Below, in pieces: positions 50,996 to 64,000 of a DNA stretch of 64,000 nt. This DNA is from Octopus sinensis (Eukaryota): the NCBI RefSeq assembly GCF_006345805.1, contig NC_043026.1, positions 2,418,001 through 2,482,000 of the forward strand, in the 5' to 3' direction. A model generated the notes under the pieces. That model was not told the origin of the DNA, did not search any database, and saw only the letters and a list, made by a program, of their open reading frames with translations. Each line of letters starts with the position of its first letter. The stretch's first letter is position 1. A program made the position numbers and the translations under genes.

Positions 50996-51650
50996 GAGGG
51001 AACCCGTGGAAGAGGTAGACCCAGGAAAACCTGGGACGAGGTGGTGAAGCACGACCTTCGAACTTTAGGCCTCACTGAGGAAATGACCAGCGACCGAGAC
51101 CTTAGGAAATATTCTGTACGTGAGAAGACCAGGCAGGACAAGTGAGCCCAGCCCACTTATGAATGCCTTTCCTCCCTTGGACACAAAGACCTGTTGAGGC
51201 AAGCGAAGTTGATATAGAACCTCATCCGACGATAGGCACCCATGCCAACCCCCTTTGCTTGCGAAGACATGTTGGGGCAAGCGAAATCGAAATCGAAACC
51301 GAATTGAACCAGCCAGGATCCCTGGTCTGGTGGTACGTAAAAAGCACTATCCGACTCGTGGCCGATGCCAGCACCGCCTCGACTGGCTTCCGTGCCGGTG
51401 GCACATAAAATACACCAATCCGACCGTGGCCGTTGCCAGCCTCGCCTGGCACCTGTGCAGGTGGCTCGTAAAAAGCACCCACTATACTCACGGAGTGGTT
51501 GGCGTTAGGAAGGGCATCCAGCTGTAGAAACATTGCCAGATAAGACTGGAGCCTGGTGCAGCCTTCTGGCTTCCCAGATCCCCGGTCGAGCCGTCCAACC
51601 CATGCTAGCATGGAGAACGGACGTTAAACGATGATGATGATGATGATGAT
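50996..51650 (+). mobile_element. RTE LINE 3' end: ORF C-terminus plus complete 3' UTR
   Basis: EGTRGRGRPRKTWDEVVKHDLRTLGLTEEMTSDRDLRKYSVREKTRQDK*, then about 500-nt UTR ending ccatgctagcatgg...(gat)n. Confidence 0.9.
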
Positions 51651-52030
51651 ATACAAGATAAGAAAATCGAGAAATACATCTAAATCAAATATCAATTACC
51701 AGATAATACTCAATCACATACTTTATTAAACCACCACATAAGAGACTGTAGGGTTAAATATAAAAAGCAGAACAAATCAGTGTACATAAAGGAATGTACA
51801 TAAAAAAGTGTACATAAAAGAGTAATGTTGTATAATAAGTAGAATATATATAAAAGAGAATATAAATACAAGTAAATATAAATATAAGTATAAATTAGAT
51901 CTTACAGCTGTTTTGGCCTTGTCGATAATTATGTCTCATTTTACCAATATTAGCCCTTTATGGTTGGTCAATATATAGATATAAATGAGACATTAACAAA
52001 AATATCACAAGGCCTCTTTGGAGATTATGT
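51650..52030 (-). mobile_element. Penelope-like element related to 12761-13480, with decayed hammerhead (51899-52025)
   Basis: Minus strand ATCT-CCAAAGA-GGCCTTGT...ACAAGGCC-AAAAC-agct-GTA-AGAT; core mutated, stems retained. Confidence 0.6.
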
Positions 52031-52981
52031 AATATAACACAGTCTACACATATACCCACATGGGTGTGGATGCGTACCCACAATACAACATATATATATA
52101 CATATGAGTGCATATACTCACACTCCTATACATATAAAAAAATATACATTTACATAATGATATAAATAAATAATATAAATTAGTAAACATATATATGTGT
52201 TCCACACCCAATGTCTCAGTTTTTCGACTTAATATTGTGATAATAAACATACACAAATTAATACCTAGATGTAAATATACATAGTCAATAGTACATTATA
52301 TTACTTCATAATAGTTTCCAAAGTGTCATTAAAGTTAGTATCATTATCGTTGTCAATATAATTAATGTTATCATTGTTATCATTCATAATATTATTAATA
52401 ACTCTTACATTATGATCCAGAGCAGAATATATGTATGTCCGTGTTCCAGTTAATAATTTTCCTTATGGCATAAATATACTATTGGATTTGAATTTAAAGT
52501 TATCATTATCTTCCTCACGGTTGGTCAATTGAGAACCGCCCGACCTCCACCACACCATACTAGCAAAACATACACATCCACATCTAACCCTAAACCCATA
52601 CATCCACACAGAAACTCACACACACATGTACACACACATGAATACACCCCGACACATCTCTCCAATAAATTGGAGAGTGCATTTCTGTCATTGTATTGCT
52701 TATAGACATATCAGTACAGGCAGCAGTGTCTAACACTAACACACACACTCACACGCATATCCGCATACACGCATAAATATTAATACACACACACACACAC
52801 ACAACAGGCTTCTTTCAGTTTCCGTCTACCAAATCCATTCAGCTCTGATTTGAAACTGGAATTATGTGGTTGGGAAGCAAAGCCCTTACCACACGGCCAA
52901 GACCTTACCTACCAGCCACTCCTGTGTCTGTTCCTTTAAGGGAATACCAAGTTCAAGCCCATGTTCTTTTCTCTCTTTATA

Positions 52982-53869
52982 CATTGGTCTGATCAATAAG
53001 TATTCGAACATGTTGTCATAGTAACGAAGCTAAAGCACACAGAAGCACACGAAGCTAAAGCCACTTGGTACATATTGACCTTGAACTCTGCTGTGCTTGC
53101 ACACTAAGTTTTAACGTTCTAGCTCACTTCCGCTGTTTATAGCAGTGCTTGGAAGGACGGTGTGTAGCGTGTGATTGTTGCAACGACCACAACAGAGAAA
53201 GTTGGGCAGAGAATCTGCATCAAATTTTGCCAAAAGCTTAGCGATCCCTGCTCAGGGGCCTGCACAAAGTTTTCAAAAAGTTCTTATTGTTTCCGACACA
53301 ATGAAGAAGATCTGCAACTGAAACCTGGGTGGTTTTTTTTTTTTGTCAATTGAAAGCAGTTTTGGCAGAACCTTAGTAGACATGCACCTCATACCCAAAT
53401 CTTCAGTGATAAAGGACTGAACTGAACTAGAACTAATCCGCACATCCTCTGATAACTCTGGATGGTGATTCGATGGGTTCCCTCCTCGGCTGCATACACT
53501 GTCATGTTTTTCTCTGTTCGACTGGTTGCGGGTCTCCCAGAATGCTCGTCAATAAGGACATTTTTTCAGCCATCTTGGAAATGTTTCAACCACTTGTAGA
53601 CCTGTGTTTCCTTCATACACTCCTCTCCATACACTTTCTGCAACTTTGTGTAAGGCCTCTGAGCAGGTATCACCATGACAACTTTCTCTGTCATGGTCAA
53701 TGCAATGATCACACACTACACACCTTCCTTCCAAGCACTGCTGTAAACGGTAGAAGGGAGCTAGAACGTTAAAACTTAGTTCACATGCACAGCAGAGGTC
53801 AAGGTCAATCTGTACCAGGTAGCATTAATTTCTATGGCAACGGTCTGGATACTTATTGTTCAGAACTTG
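52982..53869. mobile_element. Mariner derivative made of two inverted 5' ends (about 240-bp TIRs)
   Basis: TA-flanked; + strand TEKVGQRICIKFCQKL; - strand TEKV...KVYGEECM..TQVYKW...SGRP...EDLGMR; no catalytic domain. Confidence 0.8.
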
Positions 53870-54419
53870 TATAGGTGTGAGTGAATCTGTGTGTGTGTGT
53901 GTGTTCCTCGAAATTGCAGGCCTTGTGCTAAAATTTGAAATTTTACCCTTCCCCTTCTTATTTTTACTATCTTCTTACTTTTTAGAGAGGCATTTCAACT
54001 ACAAAGGGAACTTTAGATGGAAGAAACCTTTAGAAGATTGTTCTGTGACTGTGAGGACGAATTCAGCAGAAACAGGTAAACTAAAGCAGTATGATTACCA
54101 TTGTTGTTTGACCTCCTCATCAGGCTCGCCTTGGCTGTGGCCTTCTCATCATTTATTTAGATTTAGCCTTGAGATGAATTGTTAAGAAGATAAGAATGTC
54201 CTTCAGTGGCTTAGTGGTTAGGGTGTTGGATTCACGACCGTAAGATTGTGGTTTCCATCCCTGGACTGGGTGAGCCATTGTGCTCTTGAGCAAAACACTT
54301 CATTTCACATTGCTCCAGGCCACGCAACTGTAGATATGAGTTTAGCCCGGGGAGAGGGATGGGCTCTGCCAGGCTTTCTCACCCCAATGACAGCCAAGGG
54401 GTTTAGGGACTTGGCATTG

Positions 54420-54990
54420 TCATTACCTTGTCAGTAGCCCAGTGAATAAGAATACCTTGCTGCAGGGTTATCATTATCAGGGAGAGAACTCATGACAAGA
54501 AAGACCCTAAACTGAGAGACAGGATCTGGCAGTTATTGCTCCCAAGAAGACAAAAAGTCATCTTCCTCAAAGCAACAACTGAAAGTGTGCTATTTTAGGG
54601 ATCTGAAAGTTGGACCCTAACAAAAATGTTGCAGGAACTTCTAGACAGATGCTACACCCACTAACTCTGACGTGTACGAAAATATTGAGTGGCAACAGAG
54701 GGTGACCAGTAAAGACCTCTATAGGAGACTTTCCCCTGATAGCAAAGGTGGTCAGAGCTGGAAGACTGTGTTTTGCTGGGCACTGCTACCAGGCCAGAAG
54801 CGAATGCATCAGGGATGTGTTACTCTGGTTACCAACACATGACCAAAGAAGCAGAGACTGACTGGCCACAACATATGTTAACAGACCAAGGGGCGACACT
54901 GGCTCATCGGTTTCCAAGTTCAAGTCAGCAATGGAAGGCAGAGACTCTTGCAAGAATGCCTGTGCAGATGAAAGAAACTCAATCTAAGAG
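54420..54990 (+). mobile_element. RTE/RTEX-type LINE RT C-terminal fragment
   Basis: ATTESVLF*GSESWTLT...IEWQQRVTSKDLY...RLCFAGHC...LLWLPTH...DTG...AMEGRD. Confidence 0.8.
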
Positions 54991-55871
54991 GTAGACTAGC
55001 ATTTTAGAAATAAAGATCCCTAGTTCAATTTGTGTCTGGTACCCTGTACCTATTAAGAGATAGGAATCAGCATGGATGTGTGGTAAGAAGCTTGCTTCCC
55101 AATCACATGGTTTGGGGTTCAGTCCCACTGCATGGCAGCTTGACCAAAGCCTTGTTTTGAATTTGGTATGCAGAAATTGAAAGAAGCCTATCATGTATGT
55201 ATTTATATACATACATATTTATAAACAAGGTGCAGGTATGGCTGTGTGGTAAGAAGCTTGCTCAACCACATGGTTTCAGGTTCAATCCCACTGCATGGCA
55301 CCTTGGTCAAGTGTTTTCTGCTATAGCCTCAGGCCTTATGATTGAATTTTGTATGCAGAAGATCCTGTCTGAGTCCCTGTAGAGGTCTTTATTGGTCACC
55401 CTCTGTTGCCACTCAATATTTCAGTGCATGTCAGAGTAGCATCCATCTTGTAGTTCCTGCAACTTTTTTGCCAGGGTCCGAGTTTCAGATCCCTAAAATA
55501 GTACACTTTCAGCCATCGCTTTGAATATCATGACTTTTTGTCTTCTTGGGAATGGTGACTGCCAAATCCTGTGGTGTGAAAGTTCTTGTACCACCTAACA
55601 GACAGGTGAGAAAAAACATTTGATAACAATTACAATCAGGTATTTGGCCAGTCAAAGTGTAAAATGTACAATAATCTATGTTTTAAAAGAAAGTTTGAAC
55701 TTCAGTCTGGTACTATATAAAGACCCAAGAGTGAGACGCATGGATTCTAGAACAAAATGATGAAATCAGAATATAGGGTGGATGTAGATATTATAACTGT
55801 GCATACTTAACTGGTACACTTAAGTTTAAATATAAAGGCAGTGAGTTCAAGTCCATTCTGATACTGTGTAT

Positions 55872-56228
55872 AGGCGCAGGAGTGGCTGTGTGGTAAGTAG
55901 CTTGCTAACCAACCACATGGTTCCGGGTTCAGTCCTACTGCGTGGCATCTTGGGCAAGTGTCTTCTGCTATAGCCCCGGGCCGACCAATGCCTTGTGAGT
56001 GGATTTGGTAGACGGAAACTGAAAGAAGCCTGTCATATATATGCATATATATATATGTATGTATGTATGTGTGTTTGTGTTTGTCCCCCTAGCATTGCTT
56101 GACAACCGATGCTGCTGTGTTTACGTCCCCGTCACTTAGTGGTTCGGCAAAAGAGACCGATAGAATAAGTACTGGGTTTACAAAGAATAAGTCCCGGGGT
56201 CGATTTGCTCAACTAAAGGCAGTGCTCC
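55872..56228 (+). mobile_element. SINE family A, tail replaced by an (ATG/ATA)n tract
   Basis: Consensus head and body to gtgctcca, then (atgata)n to about 56370. Confidence 0.9.
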
Positions 56229-56790
56229 ATAATGATGATAATGATGATATATGATAATGATGATAATATGATAATGATGATAATGATGATAATGATGATA
56301 ATAATGATAATGATGATAATGATGATATGATGATATATGATAATGATGATGATGATAATGATGATAATGCCCAACACAAAATGGAGATTTGGCCTCTGAT
56401 GTCGCAACAAAATTGAATTCTTCTTTGTTGGTTTACACACACAAACACATACATGTATAGAGAGAGAGAGAGACATAGAGTATGATAGCACACACACACA
56501 CACACACAGGGTTGGCCGGAAGTCACTGGACAGTAATCAAATTCCATAAATACTTAATAATCAACTTTTATTTATTCCTTCCAATTATGAATGTTTAATA
56601 ATTTTGAATCCTGTCAGATAAAATCACTGCTTTTTTGTTTTCCACATTTGTCTATTTATTAGTGAAGTCTCATATAAAATCATTTTTTGTCTTAATCTTG
56701 GAATTTTGATTTACTGTCAGGTGTACATGTATGTATGTATAAATGTATGTATGTATGTATGTATGTATGTATGAATGTATGTATGTATGT

Positions 56791-57230
56791 AATATAAAAA
56801 GCAGAACAAATCAGTGTACATAAAGGAATTTACATAAAAAAGTGTACATAAAAGAGTAATGTTGTATAATAAGTAGAATATATATAAAAAAGAATATAAA
56901 TATAAGTATAAATTATATATTTATATTTACTTACATTTATATTCTCTTTTTTATATATATTCTAATTATTATACAACATTACTCTTTTATGTACACTTTT
57001 TTATGTACATTCCTTTATGTACACTGATTTGTTCTGCTTTTTATATTTAACCCTACAGTCTCTTATGTGGTGGTTTAATAAAGTATGTGATTGAGTATTA
57101 TCTGGTAATTGATATTTGATTTAGATGTATTTCTCCATTTTCTTATCTTGTATTAGTAATTTGTGGTAAATCATTTTACCTTTGCCCATATAATGCAGTA
57201 AATGAATTGATTGCATCGCAATTATTAACA
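56791..57230. repeat. Fold-back of the 51650-type element (about 125-bp arms, 56791-57047)
   Basis: aatataaaaagcagaacaaatcagtgtacat... mirrored by ...atgtacactgatttgttctgctttttatatt; continues as the reverse complement of 51650-51770. Confidence 0.85.
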
Positions 57231-57564
57231 TTTATGTATTAACTTTGTTGGGTACTTCACTAGCAGTATATTGGATATATGTTATTCCATGGAGGTTTGC
57301 ATTTACAACCCCTATCTCAATTTGTATATATACATATATATATATATTGAAATGGATAAATGAATTATCTTGTTACGGATTATTCAAATGATAACCGATA
57401 CCTGGGTAGCAAAAATCACAACAGAAAAATCACGGTTGTGCTTACGACCATGGGGCATAAAAACCGTGCCATAGTGCGGAAATTTGAAGTTTTATATATT
57501 TAGTGAAGGAAGAAATAAAAAGGAATTTTGTTAAATCTTCGTTCAGCTCCATTTCTTCCTTCAC

Positions 57565-57610
<46 letters not shown>

Positions 57611-57907
57611 GGTTTGGAGGTGGTGTACAGGTATTATATATTAGAAGAAATCTGGATGGTTTTATATTTACAGATTTTTATTAATGTCGCATGTTTTCAT
57701 AAATCATAGATTAGTGGTGTATAAAACCATCCAGATTTCTGAGTTCCTTATTTCTTCTAACATATATATATATATATATACACATATATATTACTTTTTT
57801 CTAATTTATGTATGTATGTATATATGTGTGTGTGTGCATGTGTGTGTATGCATGTGAGTGTATGCATGTTTCTATATATATGTATGTGTTTGTGTGTGTA
57901 TATATAT

Positions 57908-58289
57908 ACTCTTTACTCTTTTACTCTTTTACTTGTTTCAGTCATTTGACTGTGGCCATGCTGGAGCACCACCTTTAATCAAGCAAATCGACCCCAGTAC
58001 TTATTCTATCAGTCTCTTTTGCCGAACCGCTAAGTAACGGGGACATAAACACACCAGCATCGGTTGTCAAGCAATGCTAGGGGGACAAATACAGACACAC
58101 AAGCACACACACGCATGTATATATATACATATATACGACGGGCTTCTTTCAGTTTCCGTCTACCAAATCCACTCACAAGGCTTTGGTCAGCCCGAGGCTA
58201 TAGTAGAGACACTTGCCCAAGGTGCCACGCAGTGAGACTGAACCCAGAACCATGTGGTTGGTTAGCAAGCTACTTACCACACAGCCACT

Positions 58290-58292
<3 letters not shown>
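57908..58292 (-). mobile_element. SINE family A, full length
   Basis: Near-consensus. Confidence 0.92.
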
Positions 58293-58375
<83 letters not shown>

Positions 58376-58649
58376 AAAGACACTAAGGTGTAATTTGAAG
58401 GAAATCCAGTAGCTATTTCTGGCAGGATGAGTGACCACATTGACACAGTAATCAAATATAGTGCAGATGTAAAAAAAAAACAGACAAAAATAAGCAGAGA
58501 AATAAAGGTTTGTAGTTCAAATAGAGTTGGGTACCCTGTAAACACCCAGGAATAAAACATAAAGTGCTTATAACGACAGAGAGATGTAAGTATTAAGAAA
58601 TCCTCCATGTTGAGGTTTATGACAAGTCCTGAAAATGTTCAAGTTTAAT

Positions 58650-59250
58650 GCCTGTGTGGTGACATGTAAAAGTACCTATACAGTGTCACATAAAAGTGCC
58701 ATGAAAAAGTGTCATGAAAAAGTGTCAATGTGGTGTCACATAAAAGTGCCCCTGTTATACCATGTGAAAGCAGCCATGTGGTGCCATGAAAAGTGTCAAT
58801 GTGGTGTCACATAAAAGTGCCCCTGTTATACCATGTGAAAGCAGCCATGTGATGCCATGAAAAGTGTCAATGTGGTGTCACATAAAAGTGCCCCTGTTAT
58901 ACCATGTGAAAGCAGCCATGTGGTGACATGTAAAAGTACATGTACAGTGTCACATAAAAGTGCCATGAAAAAGTGTCTATGTGGTGTCACATAAAAGTGC
59001 CCCTGTTATACCATGTGAAAGCAGCCGTGTGGTGCCATGAAAAGTGTCAATGTGGTGTCACATAAAAGTGCCCCTGTTATACCATGTGAAAGCAGCCATG
59101 TGGTGCCATGTAAAAGTACCTGTACAGTGTCACATAAAAGTGTCATGAAAGAGTGTCATGAAAAAGTGTCTGTGTGGTGTCACATAAAAGTGCCCCTGTT
59201 ATACCATGTGAAAACAGCCGTTTTGGTGCCATGTAAAAGTGCCTTTGTGG
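58650..59250 (+). repeat. About 70-bp minisatellite running into an RTE 3' tail (to 59420)
   Basis: gtggtgtcacataaaagtgcccctgttataccatgtgaaagcagcc repeated at least 5 times with alternating sub-units; contiguous with gtggttggcattaggaagggc...ccaacccatgctagc. Confidence 0.9.
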
Positions 59251-59939
59251 CACTACATACAGAACCCAGCACACCCTGTAAAGTGGTTGGCATTAGGAAG
59301 GGCCTCATCCAACCATAGAAACCAGATCAGACTGGAGTCTGGTGCAGCTCCCCAGTTTGCCAGGTCTAGTCAAACCGTCCAACCCATGCTAGCACGGACA
59401 ATGGGCATTAAATGACGATGAATAACCATAAAATTTGTTTCTTGTCTTCGGCAGCAATTGTTGATTCTCCAACAATGAATATTAGAAAGATTTTACGCAT
59501 TGGGCTTTCAAAGCGACAGAAAATACCTGCACTACATCCATATATTAAGAGAAGAAGAATTGATGATGAGTGATGTATACAAGAGTTCTGTTGTTTATAC
59601 TTTATACTTTTTATACCTTTTAGCACTTACGTTCAAAGTGTCCAGATCTGATCTCTCACACTTATCCTACCATGTCATTCTAAAAGTAAGCAATCACATC
59701 ATCAAAATCTTGAAGCTTCAAGCAATTGCATGATTCATTTAAAGTAATATAAATACATTCGACAGAGTTACCTGAATGCTAAAGGGTTAAGGAAAGAGTA
59801 GTGGTGATGGTGGTGGTGATGGATTTGTGGAGTATTTTAGGGTTTTCAGTTTTCTATAGCCCCAAGATGACCATAATTTGTTAGTGGATTTGGTAGACAG
59901 AAACTGAAAGTCTCCTGTAGTTTATAAATATGTGTGTGC

Positions 59940-59986
<47 letters not shown>

Positions 59987-60309
59987 TGTGTGTGAGTATG
60001 TATGTATATGAGTGTAAGTGTGCATGTGTGCGTGTGAAAGTGTGAGTGTGTGTATGAACATGAGTGTGTGACTCTGTGTGACTCTGTGTGTATCTGTGTG
60101 CATGCGTTTCTGTCTCTTTGTCTTGATATTGCATGAGACTCGTAAACGAGTGTCACTGTCGTACAAGCAGTGTCATTCATTTCCAGTATTCTGTGAGAAC
60201 ATGGCTGACCATAGGAAAATGCTACCTTGCTTGGAAGGGCAGCTGGTTATAGAAAATCTGCCTCAGACTCTGTCCAATCCATGCAAGCCTGGAAAAGTGG
60301 GCACTAAAC

Positions 60310-60352
<43 letters not shown>

Positions 60353-61097
60353 GTTGCTGTTGTTGTTGTTGTTGTTGTTATGGTGGTGGTTGCCTGACCC
60401 AAAGTTAGCCTTGCTGAATGAGACATTCCATCAAAGACATTCCTACCATGACCACCTTGCCATTTTGTGTAGCCAAGACTACATTATTCAAGGCGTCCCT
60501 CCATTTTTTTTTTGAGACATGATGATGCGATTTCACTGCCAATTGTAGCAAGTCAAGCCACCACTTAGAAGTTCCCTTCAAATGACATGGCAAGTTGTGG
60601 GGGAAAAAGACCAAAATACTCCAGATCTGTTAATGTTAAATTAAAATTTTGTTGTTGTTGTTGTTATTGTTTAATCCTGTCTTTTATTCCGGCATCGAGT
60701 CTCTAGGACTACATTATCTAATGTGTCATTTCTTCTTCTTTTAAGATATAAGAGCTGTGTGTCATGTTCTTGAGCAAGACTCTTTATTTTCACCTTGCTC
60801 CAGTTCACTCAGCTGTAGAAATGAGTTGCAACATCACTGGTTTCCAGCTGTATCAGCCCCTTTGCCTTTCCCTTGGACAACATCAGTGATGTGTAGAGGG
60901 GAGGCCGGTATGCATGGGTGACTGCTGGCCTTCCACAAAACAACCTTGCCCAGACTTGTGCCTTCATCAGTGAAGGGGGATCTTTACACAAGAAAGCAAT
61001 GTGATTAAGTTATCGTTACTATTTCCTACAAGTGGCCACATAAAGCTGCTTTGTTAGTTTCTGGTGCTGCCATTCAAGTGGAGGTGTATGACCTCTA

Positions 61098-61325
61098 GTG
61101 GAGGTGCATTGCTTAGTGGTTAGGGTGTTGGACTCATTCACAACCATAAGATTGTGGATTCAATTCCTGGACTTGAGCAAAACACTTCATTTCATGTTAC
61201 TCCAGTCCACTCAGTTGGCAAAAATGAGTTATCCTGTGATGGACTGGTGTCCGGTCCAAGTGAGGAATTTATACACCCTGGAAACCAGGAGACTGGCCCT
61301 TATGAGTTGGCCTGACTCAAGAAGG
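61098..61325 (+). mobile_element. V-type tRNA-derived SINE, internally deleted
   Basis: gcttagtggttagggtgttggactc head; cctgtgatggactggtgtccggtcc core; ctcaagaagg tail. Confidence 0.7.
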
Positions 61326-61599
61326 TAACCTTCAACTAAGTTTACTTATCTCCAGAGTGTGCATCTAAGCCTATATTGCCTAAGTTCCAATTCGGACCTA
61401 TAATCAAATAGAGGTTCCAGCCATAGACATCCCATCTTTATTTAGTCAGCGTATCTAAGAATACTCATTGAATACATTTAGGGGTTCATTCCAAAGTTGG
61501 TCAGAATGGTTTCTTCTGGTCAGTGTCATAACACATTAAGGATTCTTCTGGGTGGGTCATTGGTCCTCCACAGAATAGTCAGGTGATAGGGCAGCTATC

Positions 61600-61850
61600 C
61601 TGATGATGTGCTGTGGGTCACCATTTGTCTGGGACCTCGTCAGAACACCAAGAATACCAGAACACCCAGGGTGGCCCTTGCCAGGAGCAAAACTCCAGAT
61701 GGTAGTGCTCTCTTGGATCTATGGAGCATGCAAAGCCCCGTCACTATGACAAGAGCAGAGCCAGGAGGGAGATGCAGAGAGGTTGGCACAGAATTACCAG
61801 CGATGGAGAGCACTGGTCAGCTGTACACATGATGATGCCTCTGGGACCAG
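61600..61850 (+). mobile_element. Old RTE-type LINE C-terminal remnant
   Basis: VLSWI...AERLAQNYQRWRALVS resembles the RTE SW...AQDRxxWRALV motif. Confidence 0.4.
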
Positions 61851-62178
61851 CATCCTGGGATGACCCCAGCCCCTTTAAGCAAGCATCTAAAAATCCATTA
61901 TTCAATGTGTCATTCCTTGTTGGCATCAACTTTGACAAAACAATTCTATGATCAAATAGATGTTCCATACATGACCAACCTGTCTTTATTCAGACATAGC
62001 GTTTATGGAAGACTACATTATCCTTTCTTCTTAAACAGTTAGATGCCATTTTAGGGAAGCTTGGCTGTTGTTTCTTTTTCAGCAGACTGAGTGATTAAAT
62101 AAAACTTCATGTACAAGTGTTAAGGGTGTAGTGTTGTGGTTGTGTTATATCAATAACACACACACACACACACGCATT

Positions 62179-62215
<37 letters not shown>

Positions 62216-62719
62216 ACTCATACACTTATGTATGCACATACACACACATAGGCACACACACATACACACATAACATACACACATACACACATGCACATAC
62301 ACACATGCCCACACACATGCACACATAACATACACATGCACACACACACACACACACACAAGCACACACACACACACACAGAGGTTGAGTTCTGAGATGA
62401 GAAGTTAAGCCAGCCCTCTTCCTTCCAATCAATTCATCACAACACATTTTTTTCTCTCCCCATTTTTTCCCCTCTCAATCCTTCTTGTGGAAGAGCAGAG
62501 GCACAAAACATCAAAGACATTTTCAGTCTTCCTGGGCATCAAACTAATACACCTGATTGCTGTTCCTTCACCTGTCTTTGTCTTTTGCTTTCTATAAATT
62601 TGAACCACACACACATACTCTCTCACTCTCTCTCTCTCTATTTCACCCTCGCCCTCCTTCCCTTCTCCATCTCCTTCCCTATCTCTCTCTCCCTCGCTCT
62701 TTCTCCCCCCTCTCTCTGT

Positions 62720-62970
62720 GCCACATAAAAAACATCCAGGCCTCACTGTGAAGTGGTTGGCATTTGGAAGGGCATCCAGCTGAAAATCCATGTCAAAAAT
62801 ACCTCACCTGTACTGGTGCCATGTAAAGAACTTTCAGTTCACTCTATGCCATAAAAACCCTGCCAAAACAGACACAGTAGCCTGGTGTAGTCTTCTGCCT
62901 GGTTGGTTCCTGTCAAACCATTCAACCCATATCAGCATGGAAGACAGATGTTAAATGATGATGATGATAT
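62720..62970 (+). mobile_element. Degenerate RTE 3'-UTR fragment
   Basis: gtggttggcatttggaagggcatccagctg...caacccatatcagcatgg...(gat)n. Confidence 0.75.
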
Positions 62971-63694
62971 ATATATACACACACATAGATAGATAGATTT
63001 TTTTAGGAAGTTGATTGTTATGGCTGGTCAGAGGGTAACCATTGGTTTCACACCTATAAAGTGCTTGGCTGTATAGGTGACTCGTCACACTCAAATGGCT
63101 GAAGGCACATAGTCTTTGTAGAACCGGAGGAAGGAAGACATCATGGTCAGTTAGGTTTGTAAACAAAAAACATACAACTAAAAAGGCCATGCAGTAGGTG
63201 TTTTCAGACAGGACAGGGTTATACCAGTTACATCAGTTCCAATCGTTGTGATATTCAAAGTTGTTGTTGTGGCTCAATTTGGTGAATGAGGAATTCCATG
63301 CTTGTAACAGAAAATGTGTCAGATGAGAACGTTGACTAAATACCTCTTTCCTGGAGTTTAAAAAGGCTCCAGGTTGAGTAAGTTTTTTGTAGGATTCTTG
63401 CTCTCTCTCTGCCAAGCAAAGCTGACATCATTTGCTCCCATTTATATATGTCCCCGGTTCAAGGAACTTCCATTTTATTATGTGTAGGGTGCCCTCTTCT
63501 AAGCCCCATATGTGGCTGGCCAGGGGCATGATGTTGCACCTGTATTACTGCTCTGATGTTTTATAGTGCTTCTTTTATGGATATATGAACTACTGATGAT
63601 AGATAAGGGTTAGGGTTACATACAGACATACATACATGCACACACATACACACACACTCACACACACACACACACACACAGACACACACACACA

Positions 63695-63735
<41 letters not shown>

Positions 63736-64000
63736 AAAAATAGCAAAAGATTAAAGGGCAATATTTTTTGTTTCCTATAAAAAAAAATTTTTTTATTCAT
63801 TTCAGTTTTAATATAAATAAAAAGAAAAAAAATCGTTTTTTCTTATTCTTGTTGTTGTTGTTGGCTGTTGTCTGTTATTAAAATGAAAATAAAAACAAAG
63901 TTCAATATGAATAATAAAAACTCTTTCAACTGTTCAGCTGTTGTCATAATTATTGTTGTTGTTGTTGTTCTTTAGTCAGTTGGTCATCTCTGATCTGGGA

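Noticed and set aside
58650-59250. CRISPR-like array
   Set aside because: Units are contiguous with no unique spacers, no cas genes are present, and the context is eukaryotic.
63000-63560. LINE fragment or exon
   Set aside because: All frames are interrupted and no motif could be supported.
63603-63618. Telomeric TTAGGG repeat
   Set aside because: Only about 2 units; expected by chance.

Overview
AT-rich, microsatellite-saturated eukaryotic DNA. The repeat families (tRNA-headed SINEs with internal TA/TG tracts, (ATG)n-tailed RTE 3' ends, TTAA MITEs) look like those of an Octopus genome; this is recognition by eye, not a database result. One convincing host gene is visible: a roughly 8.9-kb + strand exon (probable acceptor 34611, ATG 34845, GTAAGT donor 43539). 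It encodes an unidentified Asn/Ser/Asp/Glu-rich protein of about 2,900 aa with about 8 diverged repeats of roughly 200-280 aa, and it is split into two ORFs by a single -1 frame break beside a (GAA)n tract. The rest is transposon debris (mariner x2, Tc1, hAT, Helitron, CR1, three RTE-type LINEs, several SINE families, piggyBac-like MITEs), microsatellites, fold-back palindromes, a 1.9-kb tandem duplication and a 100-N gap. The most notable non-coding signal is a set of minimal type-I hammerhead ribozyme motifs from about four unrelated repeat families, mostly in or next to (TA)n tracts. One (9224-9309) has a complete catalytic core, and several carry unusually long stem II arms and lie next to inverted repeats. 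Almost all short ORFs in the supplied track are microsatellite artefacts.
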